From Kudoa neothunni (Eukaryota > Animalia > Cnidaria), in the NCBI GenBank assembly GCA_964304625.1, contig OZ199838.1:14813907-14877906 (forward strand): a stretch of 64,000 nucleotides of DNA, in the 5' to 3' direction. Both the position numbers and the translations under genes were made by a program. Positions 42,120 to 55,200 of the stretch are shown one piece after another (positions within the stretch are counted from its first letter, which is position 1; each line of letters opens with the position of its first letter). A model generated the notes under the pieces. That model was not told the origin of the DNA and ran no database searches. It worked only from the letters and a program-made list of their open reading frames with translations.

Positions 42120-43430
42120 TTGACACGTATACTGTAAATTAGCCGGTTATTTCTACGTGAAGGATTACCAAAAAATCCATGCAAATACTGGAGATGCCAA
42201 ATAAGGAAGTGTAGAGGGAGATTGCGAACTTCTCCCTCTGTTGACACTGATTCCCTTACAGAAATTGGAATACATATTCGTATAATTGGTGATGAGGATA
42301 TGAAAAGAAAATGTTCGAACAAAAAATAAGAAACATAGCAGAAAATACGGTGTATCCAACCAGAAAAGTTTTTTCCGTTGGTTCAACTGGAGAAAATATA
42401 AATAATATTCCTGTATGCTCTAAAAAGTCGATTTATAAAAACATAAAAAATATTCGTAAGTGACAAAATATCAAAACTATCCCAATTTTCAAATGCTACA
42501 AATGAATTAAAAACAAACAGAAATGAGTCCTTCTATTTATATGACTTAGGATCAGAAGACAAGCACCGAATTATTATTTTCACGACAGACAAAAAAATTT
42601 AATCCACTTGAGGAATTCAGATTATTGGATGGCTGATGGCACATTTAATATTGTTCCAAAAGAATATTATCAATTGTACACTATCCATGGGGCTGTCTTC
42701 AACAAAGTTTTTCCACTGGTGTATATTTTAATGAGTGATAAATTACAGAAGAGTTACGAAAAGTTACTTAAAATTTTAGCAGAGAATGGAAAAGTCGCGC
42801 CACCGAAGAACATAATTATTGATTTTGAATTGGCCGAGTATAATGCTTTCAGAAAATTTTCGTCGAATCCAGCCCGTTTTTGTTTGTTCCACTTTAGACA
42901 ATGTATATATCGTAAGGTTCAAAAATTAGGTTGTTCGAAGGAGTATGAAACCGACGAAGATTTCAAATTATCTGTTAAATGCCTGACATCTCTTGCATTT
43001 GTCCCTCCTAATTCCATTCTTGATGAATTTAAGAAACTAAAAATAAAATCAAAAAAGTTTGAGAAATCTAACATAAAATTGTTAATGGAATACTTTCGAA
43101 CAAATTTCATCTAAAATACCCATTAGTAGCATGGAATTCTTGCGATCGAATCCTAAAACAATATTAAACTCACCTCAAATTCGGCGGAAATTTTAATCGT
43201 CGTTTTTATTCACCACTTCGAGCAATCCCACTCTGGAATACTCGTTTTTATTCAAAAACTGAAGGAACATCAGAGTATTGTAGAACAGGACATTTATTCC
43301 GAATTCGTAACCCAAACTCTGAATTATATGAAAATTAAACTAAAATTAAATTTGAAAACAGTAATTCAAAATTGTGAAAAATATTATGACATATTTTATT
43401 CAGAAGCATTGGCGAAGACATATAATTGGT
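42120..43430 (+). mobile_element. Decayed FLYWCH-MULE transposase
   Basis: KYWRCQIRKCRGRL (FLYWCH), then WMADGTFNIVPKEYYQLYTIHG, IIIDFELA, CLFHFRQCIYRKV and TSNSAE. Frameshifted. Confidence 0.88.
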
Positions 43431-43685
43431 AACTTCAATAGATTGAAAAATTATAAGTTTTATAGTTTACGGTTTGTTCCGTAGTTATATATGTTCATTA
43501 AGTACGTGTTTTTATAATAATTCAGCGCATGTTCATTTGTCAGATTACGGCAAACTAGTGCATATGAATATTTTTTACCATGAAAATCGCTACTTTATTT
43601 TTAATTGAGTTATAATGAATAAAATAAATATAATGACTTACCATTAATAAATGAGGTATAATAATAAATATCGTCATCTCTGGGG

Positions 43686-44654
43686 TTAACCCTCGTGGGA
43701 CCAACTGGGTTCATTTGTGACCCCAATTTCGACAGTTTGACTTTTTCGCCTATTGAACTAAATGAGAGGACTCAAAAATTCAGAATTCCTTAATTATAGT
43801 CTGTAATTGATAATTATAAAGATATGAAGGAATAAATGTATCTACCGATTTAAATATTTTACTTTTAATAAGCGTTGTGTTCGCTACTTGGTTAAATGTG
43901 ATTGTTACGATTTGATATCAAAATAACAAATAATATTAAGATAGCTGATGACATTGATTTTGATCAAAAAGTGTTAGAGCGTTATTAGAAGCTAAATGTA
44001 TACATTTTTTGATTTCATTCGGCTATGGGAATTATCCTTAAGAGGAGTATTCAACAAGCGATGTAATAAAGGAAGTCATACATCGAATTTCTACTTGAAA
44101 TCAAAAAGAAGAGACAACAAAATCCGTCAGCAGCTTTAAAAATATATTTATTAAAAAAATATGTTTTAAAATATTCACATCCAAATAATTACAAGTTAGT
44201 TGGGAAGAAACCCCCTCCATTTAATTAAACAAAGATCAAATCATTATCTACAGTTGCATACACGTATTAGAGAGCCCCACCGGAGATTGTAGTCATCAGA
44301 TATCTGGGATCTGATGTTCAAAGTTCACATTAAAACTCAATTAGATATGCTATTATTATCGTTTATTCGCTGAAAATGTTCTAAAATAGTGATATCTATT
44401 TATATAAGGCATTATATTCCATAATATACAATTAACATGGGTAACGTTATGTGGAGTGATGTAAGCATTTAATAATAACTTAGCAAGGATAGAAATCCCG
44501 CCCCTAATTTTTATTGAATTCATATAATTATTATAACAAGTAGATTGGAGTAAAAGAATTTAAACTATTTAAAAAAATGAAAAAGTTCTTGGGTCATTTT
44601 TGACCCAGTTAGTTCCTCGCGTAATTTTTTTAAGTCGGTACTTCAAGGGTTTAA
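43686..44654. mobile_element. Non-autonomous piggyBac-type element
   Basis: TTAA-CCCTCGTGGGACCAACTGGGTTCATTTGTGACCCC at the left end; GGGTCATTTTTGACCCAGTTAGTTCCTCGCG...AAGGGTTTAA at the right end. Confidence 0.65.
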
Positions 44655-47143
44655 TATATTATTAATGATACTTTAAGCAATTTTAAAAGTTAAAAATTTA
44701 TTTATTAATAATAGCGAAGAAATTATAAAACAACTCTAAATTGTTTTGCAGACAAGATAATATTTTTAAAACATTTATAATTAAATTTATAAACAAGTAA
44801 AAAATATAAATAAGTGTAATTTTTTAACGTTTTTTGTTTCAGTGTTAATGTATTTTAATTACAATTTTTTTTAATATTTTAAATATAATAAAAAAAATTT
44901 CAAAAATATCGGTCTAAAAATCGTTTGGCCAATTTAAAGGGGTTTTCAAGCTTTTTCGTCGACGTTGACCTATTTTAATGTATACACTATCAAACATAAT
45001 CAAATAAATTTATATTCCAACACAGAGAAAAAAGGAATAAAAAGGTACATAACTACAGAAAAATGTTTTTTTCTAATTTAATGTCTTTATTTAGACACCT
45101 TACAAGATAACGGGGCATTTTTTTTGTAATATCCTAGATAACCAGTAGGTGAAATAGTTCCAAATCCTCTATCAATTTAATTTAATTTATTGGAATGGTT
45201 CTCTCAATGCGTCAGGAATTTTTTTATTTTTTTTGACCTGAAGACACTTGCTGTTCGTTGTTTATTCTTATGATCATATACATTATTCAATAATTAGACA
45301 TTAGGACAAATTATTGCTCATTTCAATATTTTAGTTATATGCGTACAAATACGAAAAGTTCCTATGAAATCGGACTATTTATAAAAACATGAGGAAATTG
45401 TTTCACAAATGAGGAAACAGTTTGGAAAACCCATATGTAAGAAACATAATGTCATAATTCCTTTATTTAAACATTAAAAATATCTAATAAAAATTTATAT
45501 ACAAAAGTATTAATATTTACATATATAAATAATGTTTTTAGAATACACCAATCTTTTGTAGGACATAAATAAGGCAATATCTTATAGTATAGATAAAAAA
45601 AATTTTCTTGCAATATGATTAATAAAAAAATATTATTTACGATTATGCGCAATGAAGGACGACAATATGCTTAAGGAATTGGAACAATTGAATGTTTGGT
45701 GAATGGAACAAAAGGATTAACGATGAAACGATTGTGGTCGATCAGAGATTAAGGTAAATGTAATTTTTTATTCGAATTTCTGCACTCAAAATTCATTTTT
45801 TTTTATTATAAAAATATGTATAGGATTTTTCTCAGGCGTCACTTATTTCATTATTACAAAATTACCAAAATATTATTATTTTAAAACATTCAATTAATTC
45901 AGAACCACATTATTTACAGATGTTTGCAATAGCATTGATATTATTGTTACAAGATGTAAGGGTATACTTTATACGTAATGACGCGTACATATGTTGTATA
46001 TTGTTGGATTACACGTGAGTAATAGTTGTTAACTTGTGGTATAGTATCAGTATCGTTACTATGCGTATTATTTCTGACTCTAACAATAGATACATAATAT
46101 TGATAGAAGAGTGCTTTATTAAATAGTGAACCCAATAATAGTTACCTTTTTAATTAGGGTATTTAATAAAACAACTGTTTGTTTACAATAAATTTATCAG
46201 CCAGATTAAAAATACAACTATTGTACAGATAATTAAATCAAATAAAAAATTCAATCAAAGTTATTTAACAATTTTGGTGAATATAAAATATTTTCAATAA
46301 TTTACATTGTAATCATTATTTCTTACAACAAACCAAATATACATAATGTACAGGTAATATTAGTGAATGAGATTAAGTTGATCTTGGTTGACGCGGCGAA
46401 AATTATCAGGGCCATTTGTCACTCCAATTGTTGACTATCTCAACGCACATTAACTAACAGCAATACATAGACTTTGTCTGGAGGATTAGTCATGGATAAA
46501 AAACTCTGAATTGTTCACAAGAAGTTGCCTTTTATGAAATCTCACACGATCTCTTCCGCGCAAATTAATCTTTCAGCACGGGTAGTGGGCATGCATGACT
46601 TTATAGAGGTTAAAAATATGAAAAAACCCCAAATTTTTACGATATAAATAAATTTAAAATTTAGTTTAGTTAATTTTTGGCAATTAAAATAGAATTACTG
46701 GTTAATTTAAATATTTCTAACCAATACTGCTCCAAAGAGATTAACTCTCACCAACTCAATTGTCATTATTTCGTAATGTTGATTCGTTTAAAAATCTCTA
46801 ATAGTGTTTAATTCAATTTTAAATTTATCCAAAAATTACTACTATTCCCAGTTGACTTTGAAATCAATAGGAAGTGATCTACATTCAATTAAGTGGTAAT
46901 GAATGTGAGTTTGTTTTGCCACCCATTATCTCATCTAAGAAACGACTGATCCCACAATCATCAATTGTGGTTAGCTAATCGTAATGATTTGTCGTGGAGT
47001 GATACGAGCGATTTTAGACGCGCATTCAGTTGTCACAAGTTCTTATTGTTAGGCCACTAATCACATATTCTTCGGAATAGTTACGGTAACTAATCCTATT
47101 CCCAATATAACACATTTAGAGCAATAGGATTGTTATAATTGAC

Positions 47144-48941
47144 ATGTAAGTTTTCTCCCATCGTTCTAAGCCAAATAATAACAACTATAAACTAATTCTC
47201 AATTGAAATCCCACCCAAATATACAATAGCTCTACGTTACTTATGTGATGAAACGATTATATTTGTTGTTATCGCTTAAAGCGGCCTACCACCTTCCACA
47301 CCATTAATTTATATTATTTTATCATTTTCTGATAGGGCACAGGAAATAACAACCACTGCAGTGTACATGACCTATGATCATGTACAAAAATGGGTCTATT
47401 ATAACAATGTGAAAGCTTATGAGGAAATCAGAGCTATCCTAAGTCCGGATAATTCTACCATATCTTTATATAAAGATGTAATTATTTGAATGTTGAATAA
47501 ATAAATTAGTCTGTGTACAATTGCATGTCTATTTCTCTTTCAATAGACTACTCAACTTGCAACTCTCCTTCCATCTGTTAAATACGTTGCCAAAGGTGCT
47601 TTCCATCAATGGCGACAAAACGATAAAGTCTATGCTCTCAAATTCAAAACTGAAGAGTTAGCTGCCAGCTGGAATAAGACAATCACAGATATGATTGATA
47701 TCATGAGGAAAAGTCCCAATGCAAAGGTAACTTAGTTCGAGTAATAATTTGGCGTGAATTTATTGATGATATAGAAAAACACCGGTACTTTAAATTCATC
47801 TGCTGGTCAATCAAGCAGTACCTTTTGTTTTTCACAAAATCCTATAATTTTCTCATAGGATCTGCTGCTAGTGATAGTAACATTGCCGCTAAACCACCTC
47901 CTCCCAGCAGACGCGGAGGGGAAGTAAAATCGGAATCCGCACAAAGTATAATTTGGGTTTTAGTTTTTATTCCATAATACGTCGTTGTTATAGCTGTGTC
48001 AACACCGAGTGCTCCACCACCTCCACCTTCTGGTGCACCCCCTCCGCCACCTCCACCTCCTCCCCCATCTGGAGCCCCTCCTCCATCCTCAGCAGCACCC
48101 CCTCCTCCATCTGGAGCTCCTCCTCCACCGGGTGCGCCGCCACCTCCATCATCTGGAGCACCCCCTCCACCTCCTCCAGCGGCTCCATCAGGTGGTCAAC
48201 CTGCTAGTCTTATGGATGCTATTAAAATGGCGAAACTCAACAAGTCCAAATCACCAGCAGCAAAAGTAATCTTGCGATTGTTCTTCAAATCTGATTGATT
48301 GATCTGTTTAAATCGATAGCCTCCAGCGGAAAAACCAGCTCCAAAAGCTGCACCAGCTCTGAGCATGATGGAGGAAATGCAAAGGCGTATGAACAAAAAG
48401 TAATAGTATTATTGTGCGGCGTATTGATAATAGGATGTGCGTCTAGGAAAGTTGCAGAAGTATTACTTATTACCTGTGTATTTCGGATGGTTGATACAAA
48501 AATAACCCATTAGAAACCTGCTGAATCAAGCCCTGAACCTGCAAAACAGGAATCTAGCCCAGCAGTTGGAAACCCCCCTGTTTCTGCAGCACCCAAGGTG
48601 GAAGCTCCCGCCAATAAAGTTGACCCTCCAGCCAAAGCTACTACCCCTCCTGCGCCAGCGGCAGAGTAAATTTTTTTTATTTGACTAGTTTTAAAGTATT
48701 ACATTGTTGTATAGAAACGGCTCAACAAATCTAACTATAACACGTGAAGAGTTTGAACAGTTCAAACAGGTTAGATAGTTTACAACTCGTTCACCTCATT
48801 TAATATTATTTTAAATTAACATTATTGTAGGAAGTTCTTAATCTTATAAAATCTGAGTTTTGCTCTGTGAAAGAAATGATGAGTAATTTTCCATTGGATT
48901 TCACATAATAAACAATTTTTTCATTTATAGAGAACAGTTGA
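47144..48941 (+). CDS. Ena/VASP-family actin regulator (EVH1, poly-Pro, EVH2), about 11 exons
   Basis: EVH1: AVYMTYDHVQKWV...FHQWRQNDKVYALKF. Then (S)GAPPPP repeats, a G-actin-binding-like SLMDAIKMAKLNKS, an F-actin-binding-like SMMEEMQRRMNKK, and a tetramerisation helix EFEQFKQEVLNLIKSEF...KEMM. Confidence 0.88.
48010..48185 (+). repeat. Coding poly-proline repeat (SGAPPPP)n
   Basis: Degenerate TCTGG(A/T)GC.CC.CC.CC. units within the Ena/VASP exon. Confidence 0.9.
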
Positions 48942-50167
48942 CGTTAAAGGTTTGCTCCCGTTTTTTAACATTTTCGTAACTCACAAGATAGTACGTTGTT
49001 TCATCCTATTTAATTATATCGGTTTGTGTTCATACGTTTGGTTGTTTAGAGGTATTGAACTCTGATATTTTAGTTGACGTGTTTTTATTTGCTCGAATTT
49101 TATGGAGATTTTTAGTCTCTTCGCAAAACTTAGGCAACTTTTTAGACTTTAAAGATTTTTTATTAATTTTTTCGAGTATTTAAAACAGCTTTATCAACCT
49201 GAAATTGTTTTCATAAAAATATTACTAATTATATAGTTACTCGCTAACTAAATATTTAATTAGGTAAATGATTCCATGTACTTCTTCTATAGAAAATTGC
49301 TAAATGAATAATAATTTTAACATTAGCCCAGCTGATGTAGTATGAATTGTTTTAGCAAATTGGGAATGTTAAATTCTTTCTTTAAAGACTTTTAATAAGT
49401 TTTGCCAAAGACATTCTGTCTTAGTATTCATGACTTTTCTTGATCATGCGTCGTTTGTACTTTAACAATAGATATAGATTAGGAGCGGATCAAACTGCAG
49501 TCACCTAGTTATATGTAGCTATAGAAAAATTGCGTTAGATATCATCCAATCGTTGTATTTGGTTTATAATTTACTCAATATAAAGCATCATCTTTATTAT
49601 CATTAATATTATCTTATTGTGACATAAATATTAATATTAAGAAGATAGTTCAACAGTTTTATTGTAGTGTTAAGCATTGGTGGTAAAACTAACATTTTAT
49701 TTTTTAACTGCGGTATTATGAGGTGATTGTAAATTATTTTTAATATATTTTATTTTACGAATTAAACGTTAAGTCTTTATTTGTTCATATGTTTTGTTAT
49801 TCATGCGATAAATCGTTTGGCGTATTTTATTAGATCTTGGGGTTTATTCTAATCTAACTGCCTCTAATGAACGCTTTCCTACGTCAATATCGTTGGCTCA
49901 ATTAGTTTTGATTGATTTTTATTAACCAAAACATTCCAGAAAAATAAAACGTCTAATCCAAACTTTCCCTTTTGCTCAGACTATAACTAAAAGTATATCA
50001 TTCAATAGTAAGTTTACAATAAACCACAGTTTTTATTATACAATTCGAATGCACAGCATAGCACAAAAGCGAGTGCAATTTAATCGATAAACGAGGATAG
50101 AACTGGAAACCTTGAGTCACGCTCCAGTATTAAATACCAGTGCCATGTCCATGTGTCATTGGCCTTT

Positions 50168-50428
50168 TTAACCCACTAAGTAAACTGGGGTCCATTTGCA
50201 CCTCAAACAAGGTTGCCATCCTGTTTTCTCAGCTGTTATACGATGATTATAATTCGAACTATTTCTATTCTCGTAAAACTTGTTTTTCTTTAGAGCCATA
50301 AATTTATTGGAATTTTCATGCGTCAAAGCAATTTTTATAACGAAAAAGTCTTCGAAGTATAACTGGAGTCCATTTGAACCCCAATTATACTTTGAGGAGG
50401 TCTAATTAATCGTTTCTTAGAAGGTTAA
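50168..50428. mobile_element. TTAA MITE
   Basis: TTAA-CCCACTAAGTAAAC ... GTTTCTTAGAAGG-TTAA, with internal GG(G/A)GTCCATTTG(C/A)ACC motifs. Confidence 0.65.
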
Positions 50429-51388
50429 ATAGTGCTTGAATATTTTTCCATTATTTGTTTCTATTATTGAAGGAAAAACCTAGTTCCATGATCGATTAGA
50501 AAATAATAAATAATTAGATCCGCATTCTGCATATTGACTCAAATGTGACTCTTACTTAAAGCAAATTTAACTACTCCTACTCTGGATCATTCAGTTGGAT
50601 TAATTTAGTTTGTGTAAATTCAGTAGTCTGTTTTAGCAATCATTCATTTCCTATTTTAGATACATAAATAGAATTAAGAAATAATTTTAATGATAATTAA
50701 AGTAAATAATTTGAAGGTTAAAATTTTTATTTTTAAATCATTCAGGTTAAGAATTTGAGATACATACAAATAATGTATGAATTATACTTTGATCTCACAT
50801 AATATAACGTGTATTTGCAGTGAGACAAATCATTTTTTATATAAATATTCCATTATTTGATTCAAAATTTTACTAAAGAGACATCAGATATCGATATATT
50901 TTTCTAATCCTTCTCGAGTCAATATCATTATTAATTTGAACAGCGTTCACAATCAAAAATGATTCAAGAATCCTCAACTAGCTAAGCTAAATGAATACGA
51001 ACCTTTAAGAATGTTAATCTCGTTTGTTTCTATTTATATTATTATTCCAGAATTATATTTTTTGATTCGGTCACTATTATAGTCAGGAATTTACTAATGA
51101 CTAATTTCCAAGTGTAAAACCATTCTCACGGACCCACTGAAATTAGTTCGCCAGGCCCTTGAGGGTCCACGAACCACAGGTTAAGAATCACTGAATTAGA
51201 AAATCCGAAATGGGGTATTAAAAAATATTGCTATTAAATGTATTTATTGTCTACCAATTTTATATGATGATTAATATAGTTTAATAATCAATAATAAAAT
51301 CCAAAACTTGTTTATTTCGAAAAAATATTCGCTTGAATAAGAATACTTGGAATTTTATTGGAACCCCCTTTATTACTTTATTACAGCA

Positions 51389-51895
51389 GCCTGGGCAATA
51401 TAGCATAACGGTGTGAGGCCGAGATCACACATCCTGAGGTTGCCAGTTAGAAGCCTAGTCCGGGAGTTCCTGTACTCTTAATCCGAAATTAAGTAGGAAG
51501 GTTGTAGTAATCTAATCGCAAGGATCTACGATTTATCGTGACCTTACTTGCAGCTGGGAGGGGAGCCTGGCGGAAGGGTAGAACTCGTTCGCTTATAAAC
51601 TCCGGGGTACAGGAACGAAATAAAACCCAGTAGGTGTAGGGAGTTTCCATAAAACCGACGCCCGCATTCAGACGACTTCCCAGACTAATTATAGGTTAGT
51701 CCAGGGTATGGTTGGGGTGGTGGTTGCTCCTAAACGAGTATGTTTAGTAGGTCAAAATCCCACACTACCGCATAAACGTAAGTTGCCTTAATATGACGCT
51801 GCGGTGCCCAAAGCGTAAATGGAGAAGGCCTAACCATCCCGAATTTCACAACCCAACAAGTTGGACCAGGGGTTTGATTTTGCAAACAAAAAAAA
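51389..51895 (+). mobile_element. tRNA-derived SINE
   Basis: GC-richer ~507-bp unit with a tRNA-like head (A-box-like TAGCATAACGG, degenerate B-box AGTTAGAAGCC) and an A-rich tail. TSD ACTTTATTACAGCA / ACTTTATCATAGCA matches at 12 of 14 positions. Confidence 0.75.
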
Positions 51896-51952
51896 ACTTT
51901 ATCATAGCATAAATGTAGGGAGTCTAAACATTATTTATAACTGTAACACAAG

Positions 51953-52026
51953 GTCCGAACTGGGATTCGAACCTGGGTTATTTGCATTAAAAGGCGGTGG
52001 TGACATACCGCTCTGCTCTCGATCGC
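51953..52026 (-). pseudogene. tRNA-like sequence (tRNA pseudogene or SINE head)
   Basis: Reverse complement carries a perfect T-arm/B-box CCAGGTTCGAATCCCAG and an A-box-like AGAGCAGAGCGG. Acceptor and anticodon stems pair poorly. Confidence 0.55.
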
Positions 52027-52269
52027 ATATCTACGATAGGTGGATTACAACCTTTATAATCCACATGTTACAATAATGACTAATGAATCGAAGAATTGGT
52101 GTCATTAAAATGAGATTTTGGGTCATATAATTTCAAAAAACACTTCTTTTAATTTAAGATAAAGTATATTTCATAATTAATAATGTAGAAATCTCCTGTA
52201 TAAATGTAACTTACGAAAAAAACGCTTTGGACATTATGAAATCAAAATAATACAATAACAGCCTGAAAT

Positions 52270-55200
52270 TTAACTATTTATAAGATCAATAATTGATTGA
52301 TGTATAATAGCTCTCTGATGACTGGGCATATCATTCAAGTGACTTCGAAGAGACAATTTAAGTGGTTGACAGATGGTGAAAGCGTTCTCGAGTTGTTTCA
52401 GTGGTAACTGGATGATAACCGGGAACGATGCGGGTTGAAGGGTCTATAATGGTGTTAAAAACTCAAAATGGAAATTATCATTACATAACAGCATTTTATA
52501 AAACTAGGCCACACATAATCAAAGTTCCAAACCTAAAATACACAATAGTAAAAGCAATTAGCAGGAAACTAACACAAAATATACTTGATTATTTATAAGA
52601 CTTTGGAATGTGTTTACAACGAATCCTGACAGCTGCGGATATACATTGACGCTCAATTCGACCTAAAAACGACAGTTATTTATTAGAATAAATGAACAAT
52701 TCATTTTACAGTTTCCATAAGTGATTCTGGAGGTGGATTCATTTGCACAAGTTCCTGAATAATCACAGCTACACTTTCTTGATTGTAAACGTTTCGATTT
52801 GAGAAGCACAATTTCACAACTATGTACATGGATTTATATTGTTATAAAGGATTATCTGTAATACTTTTACTAAAAGGGGTGTTATTATTCAATTTTTTCC
52901 CATTTTTGTGCAAAAAAAGAACAAATTCTCTCGCATTGATTGATAATCCGTCTATCTCTAACAATGGGAGGATGGTTTTTGTGATAATGTCTGATAAAAA
53001 TTGAAACGGCTGAGAAATAAGATCTGGTAGATGAGATATAAGTTCTTGTTTGTTGAGATATTTCAAAATTGATATAATAAATTTAACGCTGAGAGATCTT
53101 TCGTTTATGATTTCTTTAATTTTGTTGATTGCTTCATCGGAGATAGTATCTATTGAATGAAGCTGGTAATTTAGAGTGTCTGAAAATGTATTTACTATTG
53201 GATATGGCCAAGTGAAGAAGGCGTAACACTAAGGATTCACATGCTAGTGGATAATTTCGCAAAAGATTGACGAGCTCTCCACTTTCTGCAAGTTTTACAG
53301 CGGTCTTAGAATTAGATAAAATCATTAGATTTTGAAAACGAAATAGTTTCGATTACCTGTGGGATCAAATAACGAACAATGGTCAATTTGATATTGTTAT
53401 CAGAAATTTGATCATAAACTTGGATAAGGCTATAAAAATTATTAATTCATAAAAGCTAAAATAATGCTAACACGAAAATATAGTAAAATAAAAAAAATCA
53501 TATCAAAAATAGCACATACTCATATATCAATTTTTCATTGAAATATTGAATATTCAATTGAAACAACGAAACGACTGATCCAACAATATTTAAATTATTA
53601 GTAAAATCTAGGTGTTGAAGCTTTTGATGGGAAAAATCCTAATTAGTTCAAAATTATTGTATGCGAAATTATATCAACTACATTGATGATTGAAACGTGT
53701 AGGTTTTGTTGGCACAACTTTTCCACGTACGAAAGAGACAAGTTTACTACCTAACACAGAGCAATCGCACTAATTATTATCAATCCTAATTCCGGATCTA
53801 CTTCAATATTATCTTCTAACAGAGTGAAATCTAGAAGAAGTTCCAAAAATAAAATATTGTTATTAGTTGGTTGGTTAGGTAGCACTTCTCGAGTATGAAT
53901 AATTGTAAATAGAAGATTAAACGCTAAACTTGACCAATTCTAAAGAACCGGTATCATTTATTATCGATTTATTTATGAATGTACAGGATCGACGCATAGC
54001 ACTTTAAGTGAATCGACAAGATTAGATGGCAAATGAGGAGCTGATTTCAAAAATAAAATCAGTAAACTAATACAAGTTAAGACACAATTGGCAGGTTCAA
54101 TAAAATTCACTTTTCATTTTTGTTCTCGATTAGACAGTTCCAAATTTTTGTAAATGTGAAATCATAAATATTTCGATTTGTGCTTTCAGTATCATTCGTG
54201 TAAATTTTGTAAAGCCACAGCACCGATATATCAAAGTATTTGGTGATATCACTTTTTATATATTCAAGTAAGCCTTCATGTGATGTGATAAAATCAGCAC
54301 AAAGGTCATGCTATACTACTTTGGTGATATTTTGGAATTATGAATGACAATGAGATAATAGTATTGAAACTGTCCTAATAATCTAGATATTTCAATGAAA
54401 AAAACGTGAACAATCACTTTAAGACCATCACCACTCAAAGTTTCTAAAAAATAATAAATATAATAACATTGGTATAAAAAATTGCAAAATTACGGGTTGC
54501 CTCTAAAAGATTTTGAAGGATTAAATTTGAGTGGGTCGATAAATTGAGGGAGGAACTTCCAGAGTTGACCGATATGTTTTCTACACAAACGTGTAAACGT
54601 ATGAAAATTAATAAACTCACATTATGAAGATATGAAGAGTTTGGGCAATTTCTGTAAAATATAACTACTAAGTTTATTCATTAGGTATTTTTGTTGTGTT
54701 TTGTACAAAAAAATTAGATAAACAGTATTTTTACATTAGATTGAAAGATTAAATTAAGAATTATTAACAGAAAATTAAAAAAATATAATAATAAATTAGA
54801 ATGATGTGAGAGATTAATATAAGGATCGCACATTTCCTTATTAGGGAAATGTTGAATTATGTCTAGGGGTTGCCATATTTTAAAAAAGTTTAACAGAAAC
54901 AAAAACATATTTAAATGATGTAATTTATCAATAATTGTGCCGGCCTGAAAGTAATAACAGGACTTAAATTAAAACAATTAAACGTGTTATTGATTCATCC
55001 TTGTAGCATGTAGCATATATTATAACAGAAAATTTACTTCAGAAATCATCTATAAATAATAATAATAAGATTAACTCAACAAATGAACACAGTTAAATTA
55101 AACGTTGATTTGTGGACCTTAAATGTTGAAAATAATAATTGTATAAAAATCGTTATAATTTCGTGTCTTATTTTCAAAGAAACTAAATAAATGAAGGGTT

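Noticed and set aside
47953-48269. His/Leu-rich, Ser-rich and Glu-rich ORFs
   Set aside because: Alternative-frame readings of the poly-proline exon.
51953-52026. Functional tRNA gene
   Set aside because: The B-box is good, but the acceptor and anticodon stems do not pair convincingly.
52314-52330. CTGATGA hammerhead-ribozyme-like core (also at 2823, 17475, 43946)
   Set aside because: No properly placed GAAA core or stems, and most occurrences lie in coding sequence.
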